Origin: Bdellovibrionota bacterium
GTDB lineage: Bacteria > Bdellovibrionota_G > JALEGL01 > DATDPG01
NCBI GenBank assembly: GCA_963668355.1
Contig: OY764265.1
Coordinates: 2,208,001-2,272,000, forward strand
Direction of reading: 5' to 3'
Length of the DNA stretch: 64,000 nt
Part shown: piece after piece, positions 30,359 to 39,788 of the stretch
How the letters are laid out: the number at the start of each line of letters is the position of its first letter
Numbering within the stretch: position 1 is the stretch's first letter
The notes under the pieces: generated by a model
What the model saw: only the letters and a program-made list of their open reading frames with translations
What the model was told of the DNA's origin: nothing
Databases searched by the model: none
Position numbers and translations under genes: made by a program

Positions 30359-31529
30359 TCTCCTTCTTTGTTTTGTATAGGTTGTTTGTTTTTAAAAGAT
30401 TAAGGAGTGAGGCGGCCCAAATCATGGAATCATCGGTTTCGATTAGAGAACTTTGAAAAAGGGTTTTGCTTTTCGAATCAATGACTTCGGGAAAACAGGA
30501 AAGACGTTCAATGAGGTTTTGGTATTGTTTCAATTGGATTAAAAAGCTTGGGTGTTTGAATTTTTTCAAGATGGCTAAATAGTCGAGTCCCAGAGAAGTC
30601 CACACCGCATCCGTTTGCCAAGCGTGGAAGGTTTCCAAGGGAAGCATTTTTCTTTTGGGATGTGAACTGATGCCATATCGAGCGGGCATTGGATCTAAGA
30701 GTCCAGTTTTTTCCATCCAAGGAATAACGAGGTTGAGTCGTGTTCTTTCAGAATCATCCTTCAACCCCACAAGGAAAGGCATGATTTGGGCATCTCCAGA
30801 AGGATAGAAATCTCCCTTTAAATCATCCATAAAGTGATCGGTCCTCCAAAAGTGCTTGAGGATTTGAGACGAAAAATCGATGTCTTCCAGAGGATTAAAG
30901 AGCCCAAGAGATATCAAACTTCGTTGGATGAGCAAACACACCGAGTTTGAGTAACAGGAGGAATTGCGGTGTGCATAGTCTTGGGCTTCGGAAAAGAGGG
31001 TTTCTTTTCGGACCAGTTTGTCTGAGTCCAGTACGAGATGATAAAATCGTTCAATTTCCCGTTCGAGGAATGTCCGATGTCTTTTGACAAGCCAGGGATC
31101 GTTTAAGCACGACATTCCGTGGAGGAAATAAGCAAATCCATCTGGAGAATAGGATGGGAAGTCGAAACATTTTCCAGATGGACTGATGATGAGTGTGAAG
31201 TGACCCTCACTTTCATAATGTTTAAAAGCATATTCAAATGTGCTCTCAACCCAGCGATCAAAGCCGCAGGCCAGAAGAGAAGGGACGGTGCGCCCAAAAT
31301 CCCTCGCGTAGAACTCTGGGTAGGTTGTCGGACTGGTCATAAAGAAACGTTTGCGCGAATGGAAACACCGTCGAATGATTTGTTCACAAATATCTTCGGC
31401 GGATCCAGGGTAAGTTTTTCGTCCTGAGATTTTCCTTCGAAACCCTTCTTTGAGGATTCGAGCGCCCTCCGAAAACAAAGTGCCGAAGCGAACAAACGTC
31501 TGAGCACTGGCCCATTTCGAGGCTTTCAC
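30351..31529 (-). CDS. Putative (alpha/alpha)6 glycoside hydrolase-like protein
   Basis: YPEFYARDFG, VWTSLG, FPEV, MIWAA motifs resemble six-hairpin glycosidases; overlaps the GT gene start. Confidence 0.55.
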   Translation of the reverse strand: MKASKWASAQTFVRFGTLFSEGARILKEGFRRKISGRKTYPGSAEDICEQIIRRCFHSRKRFFMTSPTTYPEFYARDFGRTVPSLLACGFDRWVESTFEYAFKHYESEGHFTLIISPSGKCFDFPSYSPDGFAYFLHGMSCLNDPWLVKRHRTFLEREIERFYHLVLDSDKLVRKETLFSEAQDYAHRNSSCYSNSVCLLIQRSLISLGLFNPLEDIDFSSQILKHFWRTDHFMDDLKGDFYPSGDAQIMPFLVGLKDDSERTRLNLVIPWMEKTGLLDPMPARYGISSHPKRKMLPLETFHAWQTDAVWTSLGLDYLAILKKFKHPSFLIQLKQYQNLIERLSCFPEVIDSKSKTLFQSSLIETDDSMIWAASLLNLLKTNNLYKTKKENA

Positions 31530-31582
31530 GAAACCACGCTAACAGGGGATTGTTAAGGGTTTGTTAGGAAAGTGTAAGGATT

Positions 31583-32428
31583 TCAATGCCTTTCTTGTGG
31601 CAAGGCAAGGCGTATGGTTTTTCCATTGTGTCGATTTCGAACGAGAAGGGTTTCTTCATCCATTGTCCATTCGATCGTTTGATTTTGAAGGGGAATCGTA
31701 CCTTCAAGCGCAATTCCATTTTGAGAATAATAGACCGGGGAATTCGGTGTTCCCAGATTCGAATCGAAATAAAATCCGGTGGTCGCAAGGAGGCTTAGAA
31801 AAATTGGCGTGGAAAGCTGCTCCACGGCAAGAGGGCCTTCCACGATTTTGACCACAGCCCAAAGAAGGGCCACACCAAGTGTGGCTATGGAAATACCCTG
31901 AATGAATGAGTGCTCAAGCTCATCGGCGGTAAAAGGTTGCGATTGCTGTGAGATGAGAAATTGATACTTATCTTGTGTAACGGGTTTCCAATCTTTTGTG
32001 AGTCCAAACTTTTCGGCAGTTTCTTCGTAAGTTAAGTCCCAATCGAAATGATCTTGCGTAAGGCAATGGATGGAATATTCCAACACACGGTGACGAACCC
32101 CCGAGGCTCCTTTTTCCATGAGTTCTGGAAGATACTGTTCTTCAACCATCGAGAAACGCGTCATGCCAATGCAGTGGTTGTGGCATTTGGGGCCTTCGGC
32201 AGTTAAACATTCATACTCAGAAAAATAGCCAGGAAAGGTGACATATCCCGGTCTGGGGCCCTGAGAGAAGGTGTTCCCTCCCAATAGCGTTTGGCGACAC
32301 TGACAGACGGCAAACCATTCCTCAGCCGATCCAAAACCAACCCAGGGAGTAGAGGCGTAGATCTGTGACGAAAAACAAGTGGATAAATAGAGCAAAAGAC
32401 AAATGTTTCGAATCCTTAAAAACCTCAT
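31583..32428 (-). CDS. Secreted/membrane hypothetical protein with Cys-rich N-terminal part
   Basis: Signal peptide, CQC..C..C..C, two hydrophobic stretches. Confidence 0.6.
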   Translation of the reverse strand: MRFLRIRNICLLLYLSTCFSSQIYASTPWVGFGSAEEWFAVCQCRQTLLGGNTFSQGPRPGYVTFPGYFSEYECLTAEGPKCHNHCIGMTRFSMVEEQYLPELMEKGASGVRHRVLEYSIHCLTQDHFDWDLTYEETAEKFGLTKDWKPVTQDKYQFLISQQSQPFTADELEHSFIQGISIATLGVALLWAVVKIVEGPLAVEQLSTPIFLSLLATTGFYFDSNLGTPNSPVYYSQNGIALEGTIPLQNQTIEWTMDEETLLVRNRHNGKTIRLALPQERH

Positions 32429-32537
32429 AGAAACCCATCCCCCTTTTTGGGCGTTGTACCTTCTCCGGGAGAAAATACGAGATTTTTTAAGGGGGGAATA
32501 TAGTTTTTAAGCCTGAAAAGGAGTAGGTTCCGCCCCC

Positions 32538-33719
32538 ATGTCTCCGGAAGTGAGGAAAGACTTTATTCGAATGCTTCTTGCCACGTTGTTTTTTGGGATG
32601 GTGGCGGGAATTTTCACGTCGACCTTAAATAATTATCTTTCAGATGTTCATGGTCTTGGTGCGGAGGAACGAGGGTGGATGGAGTTTCCACGGGAATTGC
32701 CTGGTTTTTTTCTCTTCCTGGTGATGGGCATTTTCTTAACGAGACTGCGAGAGGCCAGAATAGCGGCAGTTGCCATGTTCTTCACGGCTGTAGGGGCTTT
32801 GGGCTTTAGTTTTCTTTCGAGTGGAATGGCGCTTCTCGTACTTTTTATGTTCGTTTGGTCCATGGGGGATCACATCATTTTTGGCGTCGAAGGACCCATT
32901 GGTCTGAAATTGGCCAAAAAGGGAGCTGAAGGTCGACGTTTGGGACAAATTGGGGGAGCGAGAAATTTGGGGGTGATCTTAGGCGTAGGCGTGATCTACT
33001 TCCTGGCCAAGAGCATTGGAGACCGTTATGACCTCTTTTATCTCGGTGGTGCCATCTGTGCGGTGATTGCCGGAGGGCTTTATATGACCATCCAAACGGG
33101 TAAAGGGGATCCAAAATCCCGGCGATTGGTTTGGAGGTCCGAGTACAAACTTTTCTATGCGATCAGCGCGTTGTTTGGAATTCGAAAACAGATTTTCATT
33201 GTGTTTGGTTCTTGGGTGTTGGTTTCTCTTCATGGGGTTTCTGTTTCTACGATGGCGTTGCTTTATTTCATTGCAGCCTCCCTTGGCGTCTTGCTTCGTC
33301 CTCTGTTGGGCGACATTATTGATTGGCTCGGAGAAAGAACGGTTCTTGCGGCAGATGAAGTGCTATTGCTTTTCGTATGTTTGACCTACGCATTTTCCTC
33401 GGCTCTTTTTCCCAAACCTTGGGATCTATATTTGCTTTATGGGGCTTATATTTTAGATGTGACGCTCTTTGCGTTGCGAATTGCGCGAACCACCTACCTC
33501 AAGAAGATTGCACTTGACCCGAAAGACATTACGCCCACCATCACACTCGGGATTACGATTGACCATGCGGTGGCCATGACGCTTCCGGTCCTTTCCGGAT
33601 ACATTTGGGAATCATTCGGCTTCGAGTGGGTTTTTGTCTTGGCCAGTTTGATCGCTGTGGTAGGTTTTTTCGTCTGTTTGCAGATCAAAGTGCCGATACA
33701 AAAAACGATCAAAACTTGA
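32538..33719 (+). CDS. MFS transporter
   Basis: About 12 hydrophobic helices, GDIIDWLGER motif, EFPRELPG. Confidence 0.9.
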   Translation: MSPEVRKDFIRMLLATLFFGMVAGIFTSTLNNYLSDVHGLGAEERGWMEFPRELPGFFLFLVMGIFLTRLREARIAAVAMFFTAVGALGFSFLSSGMALLVLFMFVWSMGDHIIFGVEGPIGLKLAKKGAEGRRLGQIGGARNLGVILGVGVIYFLAKSIGDRYDLFYLGGAICAVIAGGLYMTIQTGKGDPKSRRLVWRSEYKLFYAISALFGIRKQIFIVFGSWVLVSLHGVSVSTMALLYFIAASLGVLLRPLLGDIIDWLGERTVLAADEVLLLFVCLTYAFSSALFPKPWDLYLLYGAYILDVTLFALRIARTTYLKKIALDPKDITPTITLGITIDHAVAMTLPVLSGYIWESFGFEWVFVLASLIAVVGFFVCLQIKVPIQKTIKT

Positions 33720-33733
33720 TAAAATACTCAGAT

Positions 33734-34936
33734 ATGCGAATCCGAATACTCTTTGGAACATTCTTCATTTTCTTCTCTTTTTTCTCATCATCCTCCGCTG
33801 CTCCCTTGATTCAGGGAGTGTCTGGGACTTTTGAACACGGAGAGACCATCACTCTTTCAGGGTCGGATTTCGGGAATCGTGTGGAGGACGAAACCTTCAT
33901 TTTCGACACGTTTGAATCAGGTACGTTCCAAGAGGATTGGGCCTCCACGTACGATTTATCCGTTGATTCGAGTGATCTTCGGCATCCACGTTCGCAGTAC
34001 CAAGCACATAACAATTTTGCCGAGGGAACGTCCCAGGGACGTTTCCAAGCCTCTCGCGATCATGTTTACGAAAAATGGTTCGCTCAATACTGGATGAAGG
34101 TGGATGAAAATTGGGATTGGGGAACCACTGGATACGATGGGGATGATCGCTTCCTCTCCAATATTAAGATCTTTCGCTTGTGGAATCCAAGTGACGCTGT
34201 CATTGAGAATTTTGTCGTGGCATTTGCTGGGTGGGGGGGCTCTTCTTTCATCTATACGGTTGAACATACAGGAGAGTCGGGCGAGTACATATACAATGCT
34301 ACGGACATGATGTCGAAGGGATCTTGGCACTTAATGCAGTTTCAGTATGGAGAAAATTCCTCTCCAGGAGCGGCAGATGGTCAATTCAAATTTTGGCTTG
34401 ATGGTGTAAAAATTGCGGATCGCGATGACATGATTACGAGACTGAACTTCGATGTTTTAAAGCGTCCGTTCATCATCGGTTTTTCGGCTGTGTGGGGACC
34501 GGGAAGCGGAGAAAGCTACCAGGCACCGAATGACTTTTATATGGATGATGTGTGGATGGATAATGCCTGGAATCGCGTCGAAATTTGTCCTGGGGAAACT
34601 TGGGCGGAAAAAGGAAAATGCGAAATTCAAGCCATCTCGACCTGGACAGATTCTTCGATTTCCATCGAGTTAAATCGTGGAGCTTTCAATTCAGGGGATG
34701 AATTTTATGTCTACGTAGTGGATGAATCCGGTGAAGTGAGTCCGCCTCAAGGCCCTTACGAGATGGGTGGAGAGGTTGATGAAGTCGTTGAAAGCGGTTC
34801 TCAGGATGACGGGGAGAGTGGGGGCGTTGTGAATTCGGGATGCCGATCTTCCGCAAGTACATCCTTAGAGATGTTTTTGGTCGTATTTTCGATGCTCGTA
34901 ATTCGACGAGTGGCTTTCGTTCGGGCAAAAGTTTGA
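33734..34936 (+). CDS. Secreted beta-sandwich (LamG/polysaccharide-lyase-like) protein with C-terminal GC-TM-RR sorting signal
   Basis: ATG 33734; signal peptide; ITLSGSDFG, GSWHLMQF, DGQFKFWLDG, YMDDV; SGCRSS...VIRR tail. Confidence 0.65.
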   Translation: MRIRILFGTFFIFFSFFSSSSAAPLIQGVSGTFEHGETITLSGSDFGNRVEDETFIFDTFESGTFQEDWASTYDLSVDSSDLRHPRSQYQAHNNFAEGTSQGRFQASRDHVYEKWFAQYWMKVDENWDWGTTGYDGDDRFLSNIKIFRLWNPSDAVIENFVVAFAGWGGSSFIYTVEHTGESGEYIYNATDMMSKGSWHLMQFQYGENSSPGAADGQFKFWLDGVKIADRDDMITRLNFDVLKRPFIIGFSAVWGPGSGESYQAPNDFYMDDVWMDNAWNRVEICPGETWAEKGKCEIQAISTWTDSSISIELNRGAFNSGDEFYVYVVDESGEVSPPQGPYEMGGEVDEVVESGSQDDGESGGVVNSGCRSSASTSLEMFLVVFSMLVIRRVAFVRAKV

Positions 34937-35869
34937 GACGATTTCGGGCAACTCAATGAGAGCCACGTTTTGAAGATCTAGATTTCGATGCAATCTAATT
35001 TTTTCTAAGTAGGGGGCTCCCATGGAATCGGAAACAAAACCTGGATTGTTGATATAAATGGGATCTTCTAGAGCTTCTTCCACGGAAATGAATTCCACTC
35101 CCAGGGCTTTCAGTCTCAAAACAATCCTTTGAAACATTTCGGCCGTGAAGGTTCTCATATGAAGTAAAAGAATATGAGGGACGTCTCGATCAAAAAGCGT
35201 GTGCGCTAAGTTCGCATTGTAGGCAATTTGTTCCTCTAACGAGGACAGGAAATACTCCCGCAATTCGGAAATTTCTCCTGCGTTTTCTTCGTCCAGGCAT
35301 CTCAAATAAGCCGAATTGAACAGATAGTCATGGTTTTGAATCGTGACGGGGACCTCTTGATAAGCTTGACTTGCCATCCAATTTTGAAACGCATCATACT
35401 TCTCCCGGGTGTCTCCCTCGTGAAGGTAGGTGTATCGAAAATAATTGGGAAAGTGAGGAGGCACAATTTCGTTCAAAGTGGATTGGGCCATTTCAACTTC
35501 CTCAATGTAGTCTTCCACCGAAGACTCATGCAAGTCGATATGGGTAAAGGTGTGGTTCCCGATGATGGCTCCGGCTTGTGTCCAATCCCGTAGAATCTGT
35601 TCGGAGGAGTCGTCATAAACCCCTCCCGCAATGACAAAGCCCACAGCCCCAGGGATGGGGGCACGAGTGATTCCTCTTACGAAATAGTCACTCATTTCTT
35701 TTCGGGTCATTTGGTCCGAGTCGTCCCAAGGGAGGTCGTCGATTGTAATAGCCACTCTGTAGCGTGTTTCAGGTGATAGATTTAGGTCATAAGGATTGTG
35801 CTCTCTTCCGCAAGCCGAGAGAAGGAGCAAAATAATTGTCGTGAGAGCAATGTGGGGGATTTTTGCCAC
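34865..35869 (-). CDS. Polysaccharide deacetylase (CE4/NodB) lipoprotein
   Basis: Lipobox LSAC; ITIDDLP, GNHTFTH, YFRY, ILLLH. Confidence 0.9.
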   Translation of the reverse strand: MAKIPHIALTTIILLLLSACGREHNPYDLNLSPETRYRVAITIDDLPWDDSDQMTRKEMSDYFVRGITRAPIPGAVGFVIAGGVYDDSSEQILRDWTQAGAIIGNHTFTHIDLHESSVEDYIEEVEMAQSTLNEIVPPHFPNYFRYTYLHEGDTREKYDAFQNWMASQAYQEVPVTIQNHDYLFNSAYLRCLDEENAGEISELREYFLSSLEEQIAYNANLAHTLFDRDVPHILLLHMRTFTAEMFQRIVLRLKALGVEFISVEEALEDPIYINNPGFVSDSMGAPYLEKIRLHRNLDLQNVALIELPEIVSNFCPNESHSSNYEHRKYDQKHL

Positions 35870-37557
35870 TAGAAACGATAGGTGATCAGCAGTTGACCGA
35901 CATATGCCCGATAGGCTCCACTGGTTTGCCTCAAATTATGACTGACAGAGATGGACGGTTCGAAGAGCCAATTCCGATAAATTCCAAAAATTCCCTGAAG
36001 GGTTCCATCCAACCCGAACTTATAATCGTCCATGGAGTTGTCTTTCAAAACGCCCAGAGCAGTGATGAGTCTCAAGCCGTCATTGTCACTGATTTTCCAA
36101 TAGAAATATCCGACCCCCATATAGCTTTGGTAAAGACTCGGTGAGTAATACCCATTTCCAGTTTGAGTATCGAATTTCATCCAGGAGGCCCGAACGCCAA
36201 GATCGATGTTGAAGTGTTCGGAACGCAATGCCACTCTTCTGGGTGCGACTACTCCATAGTAACTATGATTGTCATCGGTGAACTGATCCAAACCCGCTTG
36301 AAAATCTACGGTCCAATTGATCCCGGGTCTCCATTGCGCATTGAGGATGTTTCTAGATTGTTCAATTCCTAAAGAAAGCGTTCTCGGAGAGATGACGGCA
36401 AATCCATGGGCTCGGCTCAGGGAGAAATTGAAACTGTCAGAAACTCGAAAGTTGGCTTGGGCTCCATACGTTGGAATTTGACTCTCTCCCTCAGAGCGAG
36501 ATCCGCCCAGGTAGAACTTGGCCGCAAACCAAGAGTTCAATCGGTGTCCTAATCCAATGGTTCCCTTGGAATGAAAGGCTGTTCCATCCCCATTGGTTTT
36601 GTCTAAGCCACTTCCAGATCTGGCAGTAAGGTAATCTCCCCAACCTTCGGCTTCCAGAAAGGTACGCGGGGTGACATAGTGACGGCCACGCAGAAACAAA
36701 CTGGAAATGGTTAAATCATCTGTATCGCGGTAATGCGAAAGCCCGAGTGTAATGCGAGATCGTATGGGTAAACGCACGCCACGTTTCAGGGACTCCAGGT
36801 CCTGGGAGCCCGGATGCTTTTGTTCAAGGGCGGCGATGAGTCTCAATGACTCGTCCATTTCATTCTTCGCGTTCAAGGCGACCGCCTTGGTATACAGTGC
36901 ATCGAAATTTTCCGGATCTTTCTTGAGAATTTCTTCAAGGATTTCGAGGGAGGCGGAAGGTTTTCCTGCCCAGGCGAGAACGCGAGCCTTTTGTTGTCGG
37001 TAGGAATCATTTTCTCCGAATTTGATTTTATACGATTCGAGAAGATCCAAGGCTTCATCGTAGTCTCCGACCCAAGATTGAACTTTGATGGACTCAATCC
37101 AAGCTTCTTCATGGTTCGGATGTTTCTCCAAGAAATTTTCGTAGAGGCTTTCTGCTTCATCCAACTCACCGGCCCATGAATATGATTTTGCCAGAAGGAG
37201 TTCATCTTCTGAGTTATTCGGGTCCAGCGTTTGGAGTTTTTCCAGAGTTTCCAGGGCCAGTTGGCTATCTCCATTCCAATTGGCCAGTTGAGCTTGGGCT
37301 CTAAGATAGGTTGTGTTCTCCGGCTCTAATTTTACCGCCTTTTTGATGTTTCCAAGTGCGGAGAGGGGTTTGTTTAAGGCACCATATTCTTTGGAGAGCT
37401 TGTAAAAATGCTCCGCATTATCGGGCTGCGCTTCGGTCATTTGCTGTAGCGCTTTGAGTGCCGTGGAGTTTGGTTCTTCGGCTTTTGCCGGGCTTCCTAG
37501 AGAGGCAAACACGAAAACAAGAGGTGTGAAAAGAAGGCAAGAAAGGCGAGTTTTCAT
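35869..37557 (-). CDS. TPR + C-terminal beta-barrel outer-membrane protein (PgaA/BcsC-like export architecture)
   Basis: Signal peptide, TPR repeats (A..YSWAG), beta-strand C-half, GYYSP, terminal YRF. Confidence 0.75.
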   Translation of the reverse strand: MKTRLSCLLFTPLVFVFASLGSPAKAEEPNSTALKALQQMTEAQPDNAEHFYKLSKEYGALNKPLSALGNIKKAVKLEPENTTYLRAQAQLANWNGDSQLALETLEKLQTLDPNNSEDELLLAKSYSWAGELDEAESLYENFLEKHPNHEEAWIESIKVQSWVGDYDEALDLLESYKIKFGENDSYRQQKARVLAWAGKPSASLEILEEILKKDPENFDALYTKAVALNAKNEMDESLRLIAALEQKHPGSQDLESLKRGVRLPIRSRITLGLSHYRDTDDLTISSLFLRGRHYVTPRTFLEAEGWGDYLTARSGSGLDKTNGDGTAFHSKGTIGLGHRLNSWFAAKFYLGGSRSEGESQIPTYGAQANFRVSDSFNFSLSRAHGFAVISPRTLSLGIEQSRNILNAQWRPGINWTVDFQAGLDQFTDDNHSYYGVVAPRRVALRSEHFNIDLGVRASWMKFDTQTGNGYYSPSLYQSYMGVGYFYWKISDNDGLRLITALGVLKDNSMDDYKFGLDGTLQGIFGIYRNWLFEPSISVSHNLRQTSGAYRAYVGQLLITYRF

Positions 37558-38930
37558 TATTTTCTCCATTTGCGACTACGGAAGATCCATATATCGCTGG
37601 TGAATCTAATTAAGGTAAAGAGATCGTAAAAAACCGAAAGATATCTTAAGGGGGTGATGAGGACCCCCTTGAGGACATATTGAATTCTGTGTCCTTTAGC
37701 CACCAAGAAGAGAATGAGGCATGCCACGATGGTTTCAAGAAGGATCGTCCACAACAACACATCCCATCGTCCCAGAATCGCAAAGACTAAAAGGACGGCG
37801 GGGAAAGAGATTTTTTCAAAGAGCGAGGAGAACACGGACCAGCCAAGAGGGCGTCCGTGGGTTCGAGTCCGATCATCTCCAAATGTTTGGCGATAAGGTT
37901 CCTGAATTTTGCGTCGTTCCTCGTTTTTCTCTCTTTCCTTCTTGGAGGGCCTGCGTTTAAACAATTTAAAAGGAGAGCGAACCAGGAAATCAAAGTAATA
38001 ACAGCTTTGAAGGAAGGACGAGCTCCAGAGATAAATTTGTTTGGGGAGATAACCGGCAGTCGGCTCCTGCGAGCGAGCGCTGACGTCTTGAAGTTGGATG
38101 TTGCGGTAACCTCGATGGGCCAGGGCAAATCCAATGAAGATGTCTTCTGAGTTGGTGAGGTCATCTCCGAATTGTGGTTCGTAGGTGTCAAAAACATCTT
38201 TTAAACATTTTCTGCGGTAAGCGACTGCACATCCCACTGGATTGATGATGGAACCGAAAAAATACATTTGCCCTCGATATACAAATCTTTGAAGGAACAT
38301 ATAGAGGGCATCTCGATACGTGTTTGAAATGGTTCTTAGAAGTTTATCTTTTAAACCAATTTTGGAGGCGCGAGGAAGATCAGGGTGTTTTTCCAAAATG
38401 GTTTGAACTTGGGACAGCCTTTCTTCGCGGGCTCGGTCTTTCACGCGTAAGGGAAGGATGACGCCACAAGCAGAGGCAATGCCGATGGCTTTGTAAAGCT
38501 CCTCGACCGCTCTTTCGATGTAATTGACGTCGTGAAGGATGGTGTCAGCATCCAAGACAAAGATGACATCTGCATCCGATTCTCGAGATTGTCTTTTGAG
38601 TGTGGGGGTTTTGCCGATGGGTTCTTTCCGTTTGATGGCCAGGAGATCGATGTGGTTTTCCTCGCAAAAGATTTTGGCGTACTCCACGGTTTGATCTTTG
38701 CTCCCATCGTCAATGAGAACGATTCTCTTGGGTTTGAGGGTTTGTTTGGAAATCGAAGCCAGGGCCAAAATGATGTTTCGGGCTTCGTTGAGGGCTGGAA
38801 TCACCACTTCAACGCTGGCATTCCTCCAGTCTTCAGCAGGTGTGGGGACGGTTTTGTCGGGACCTCTAAGAAGTCCGAGAAAACTCATCACCGCATTTGG
38901 ACTGATTACAAAATAAGGAATATTTGCCAT
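37557..38930 (-). CDS. Processive GT2 polysaccharide synthase
   Basis: VIPALNE, DDGSKD, DAD, SED, QIYLW, C-terminal TM helices. Confidence 0.88.
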   Translation of the reverse strand: MANIPYFVISPNAVMSFLGLLRGPDKTVPTPAEDWRNASVEVVIPALNEARNIILALASISKQTLKPKRIVLIDDGSKDQTVEYAKIFCEENHIDLLAIKRKEPIGKTPTLKRQSRESDADVIFVLDADTILHDVNYIERAVEELYKAIGIASACGVILPLRVKDRAREERLSQVQTILEKHPDLPRASKIGLKDKLLRTISNTYRDALYMFLQRFVYRGQMYFFGSIINPVGCAVAYRRKCLKDVFDTYEPQFGDDLTNSEDIFIGFALAHRGYRNIQLQDVSARSQEPTAGYLPKQIYLWSSSFLQSCYYFDFLVRSPFKLFKRRPSKKEREKNEERRKIQEPYRQTFGDDRTRTHGRPLGWSVFSSLFEKISFPAVLLVFAILGRWDVLLWTILLETIVACLILFLVAKGHRIQYVLKGVLITPLRYLSVFYDLFTLIRFTSDIWIFRSRKWRK

Positions 38931-39118
38931 GTCTACACTCTTTTCGGGGGCCTAAAACCAAGAGGGAACTTCCCAAGCAACTATATATACGAAAGGCTTC
39001 TATTCGATTCTCAGAACTAACGCAAGGAGCTATCACCTGATTTAAACTAGGTTTTTCGGCTCTGAGGGGTTTGTCATCCGGGGGTCAGTCGGTTATGAAA
39101 TAAGGCAAAGGAGAGGTC

Positions 39119-39412
39119 ATGGATTCAGAGAAAAAGAAGAACTCACAACAAATTCCCGTGCAAGCTGAAGAGCGTGTGATCGGAGGTTTCTATAGCAATA
39201 CGGCCAAAATTGCCCACACGAAGGAGGAGTTTGTCATGGATTTCTTCCTTGTATTCCCTCCTGCAGCGAAGCTGGGCGCCCGAGTGGTGGTGGCTCCGAG
39301 TCATGCCAAAAGGCTGGTTCGGGCACTCAACGAAAACATTGCCAAATATGAGCAGAATTTTGGCCCCATTTCCGAAGTTCCCGATCCTCCCAAACCTCCG
39401 ATTGTCCATTAG
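39119..39412 (+). CDS. DUF3467 family protein
   Basis: GFYSN.A.IAHT.EEF.MDF, RVVVAPSHAKRL..AL.ENI.KYE..FG. Confidence 0.9.
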   Translation: MDSEKKKNSQQIPVQAEERVIGGFYSNTAKIAHTKEEFVMDFFLVFPPAAKLGARVVVAPSHAKRLVRALNENIAKYEQNFGPISEVPDPPKPPIVH

Positions 39413-39606
39413 AGGAGAAGTGCGTGTTCAAGTGAAAAAGGATTCGCATCCGAACGAAAGACGGAATGATCTACAGGGAGGGTCCTGACCTCCAGGAAAC
39501 AGGTTGGCTGCGCCCCGACAGTGCTCGTAACCTGTTTCCTGTCGGCCACCCTTTCATTCCTATCCAGGTTATTTATCTGTTCGTGATAATTTTCGTGAAC
39601 ACGTGA

Positions 39607-39713
39607 AGGGACAACTTCTGAGAGAAAGTGTGTGGGGGGGAGCCGGAACGCAAAGCGTTCCGGGGGGGAGGTTCCCTCCCCCGAGGTTTCACTTTCGTCC
39701 AGAAGTTGCCCCT
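39607..39713 (+). repeat. Structured intergenic repeat, copy 1 (REP/MITE/ncRNA-like)
   Basis: CAACTTCTG...CAGAAGTTG closing stem, inner hairpins CCGGAACGC-AAA-GCGTTCCGG and GGGGAGG-TTC-CCTCCCC; near-identical copy at 61345. Confidence 0.9.
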
Positions 39714-39788
39714 GATCGTGGTCCCCGGAAATATTTGAGGAGTTAAGGCGGTGACAGATGGGGTGGGAGTGCGTAAAAGACCTGCGTC

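Noticed and set aside
39462..39560. SRP RNA or tRNA-Sec
   Set aside because: GGTCAGG and GCAGCC occur on the minus strand but in the wrong order and without the GNRA domain-IV loop; no TCA anticodon arm or T-loop.
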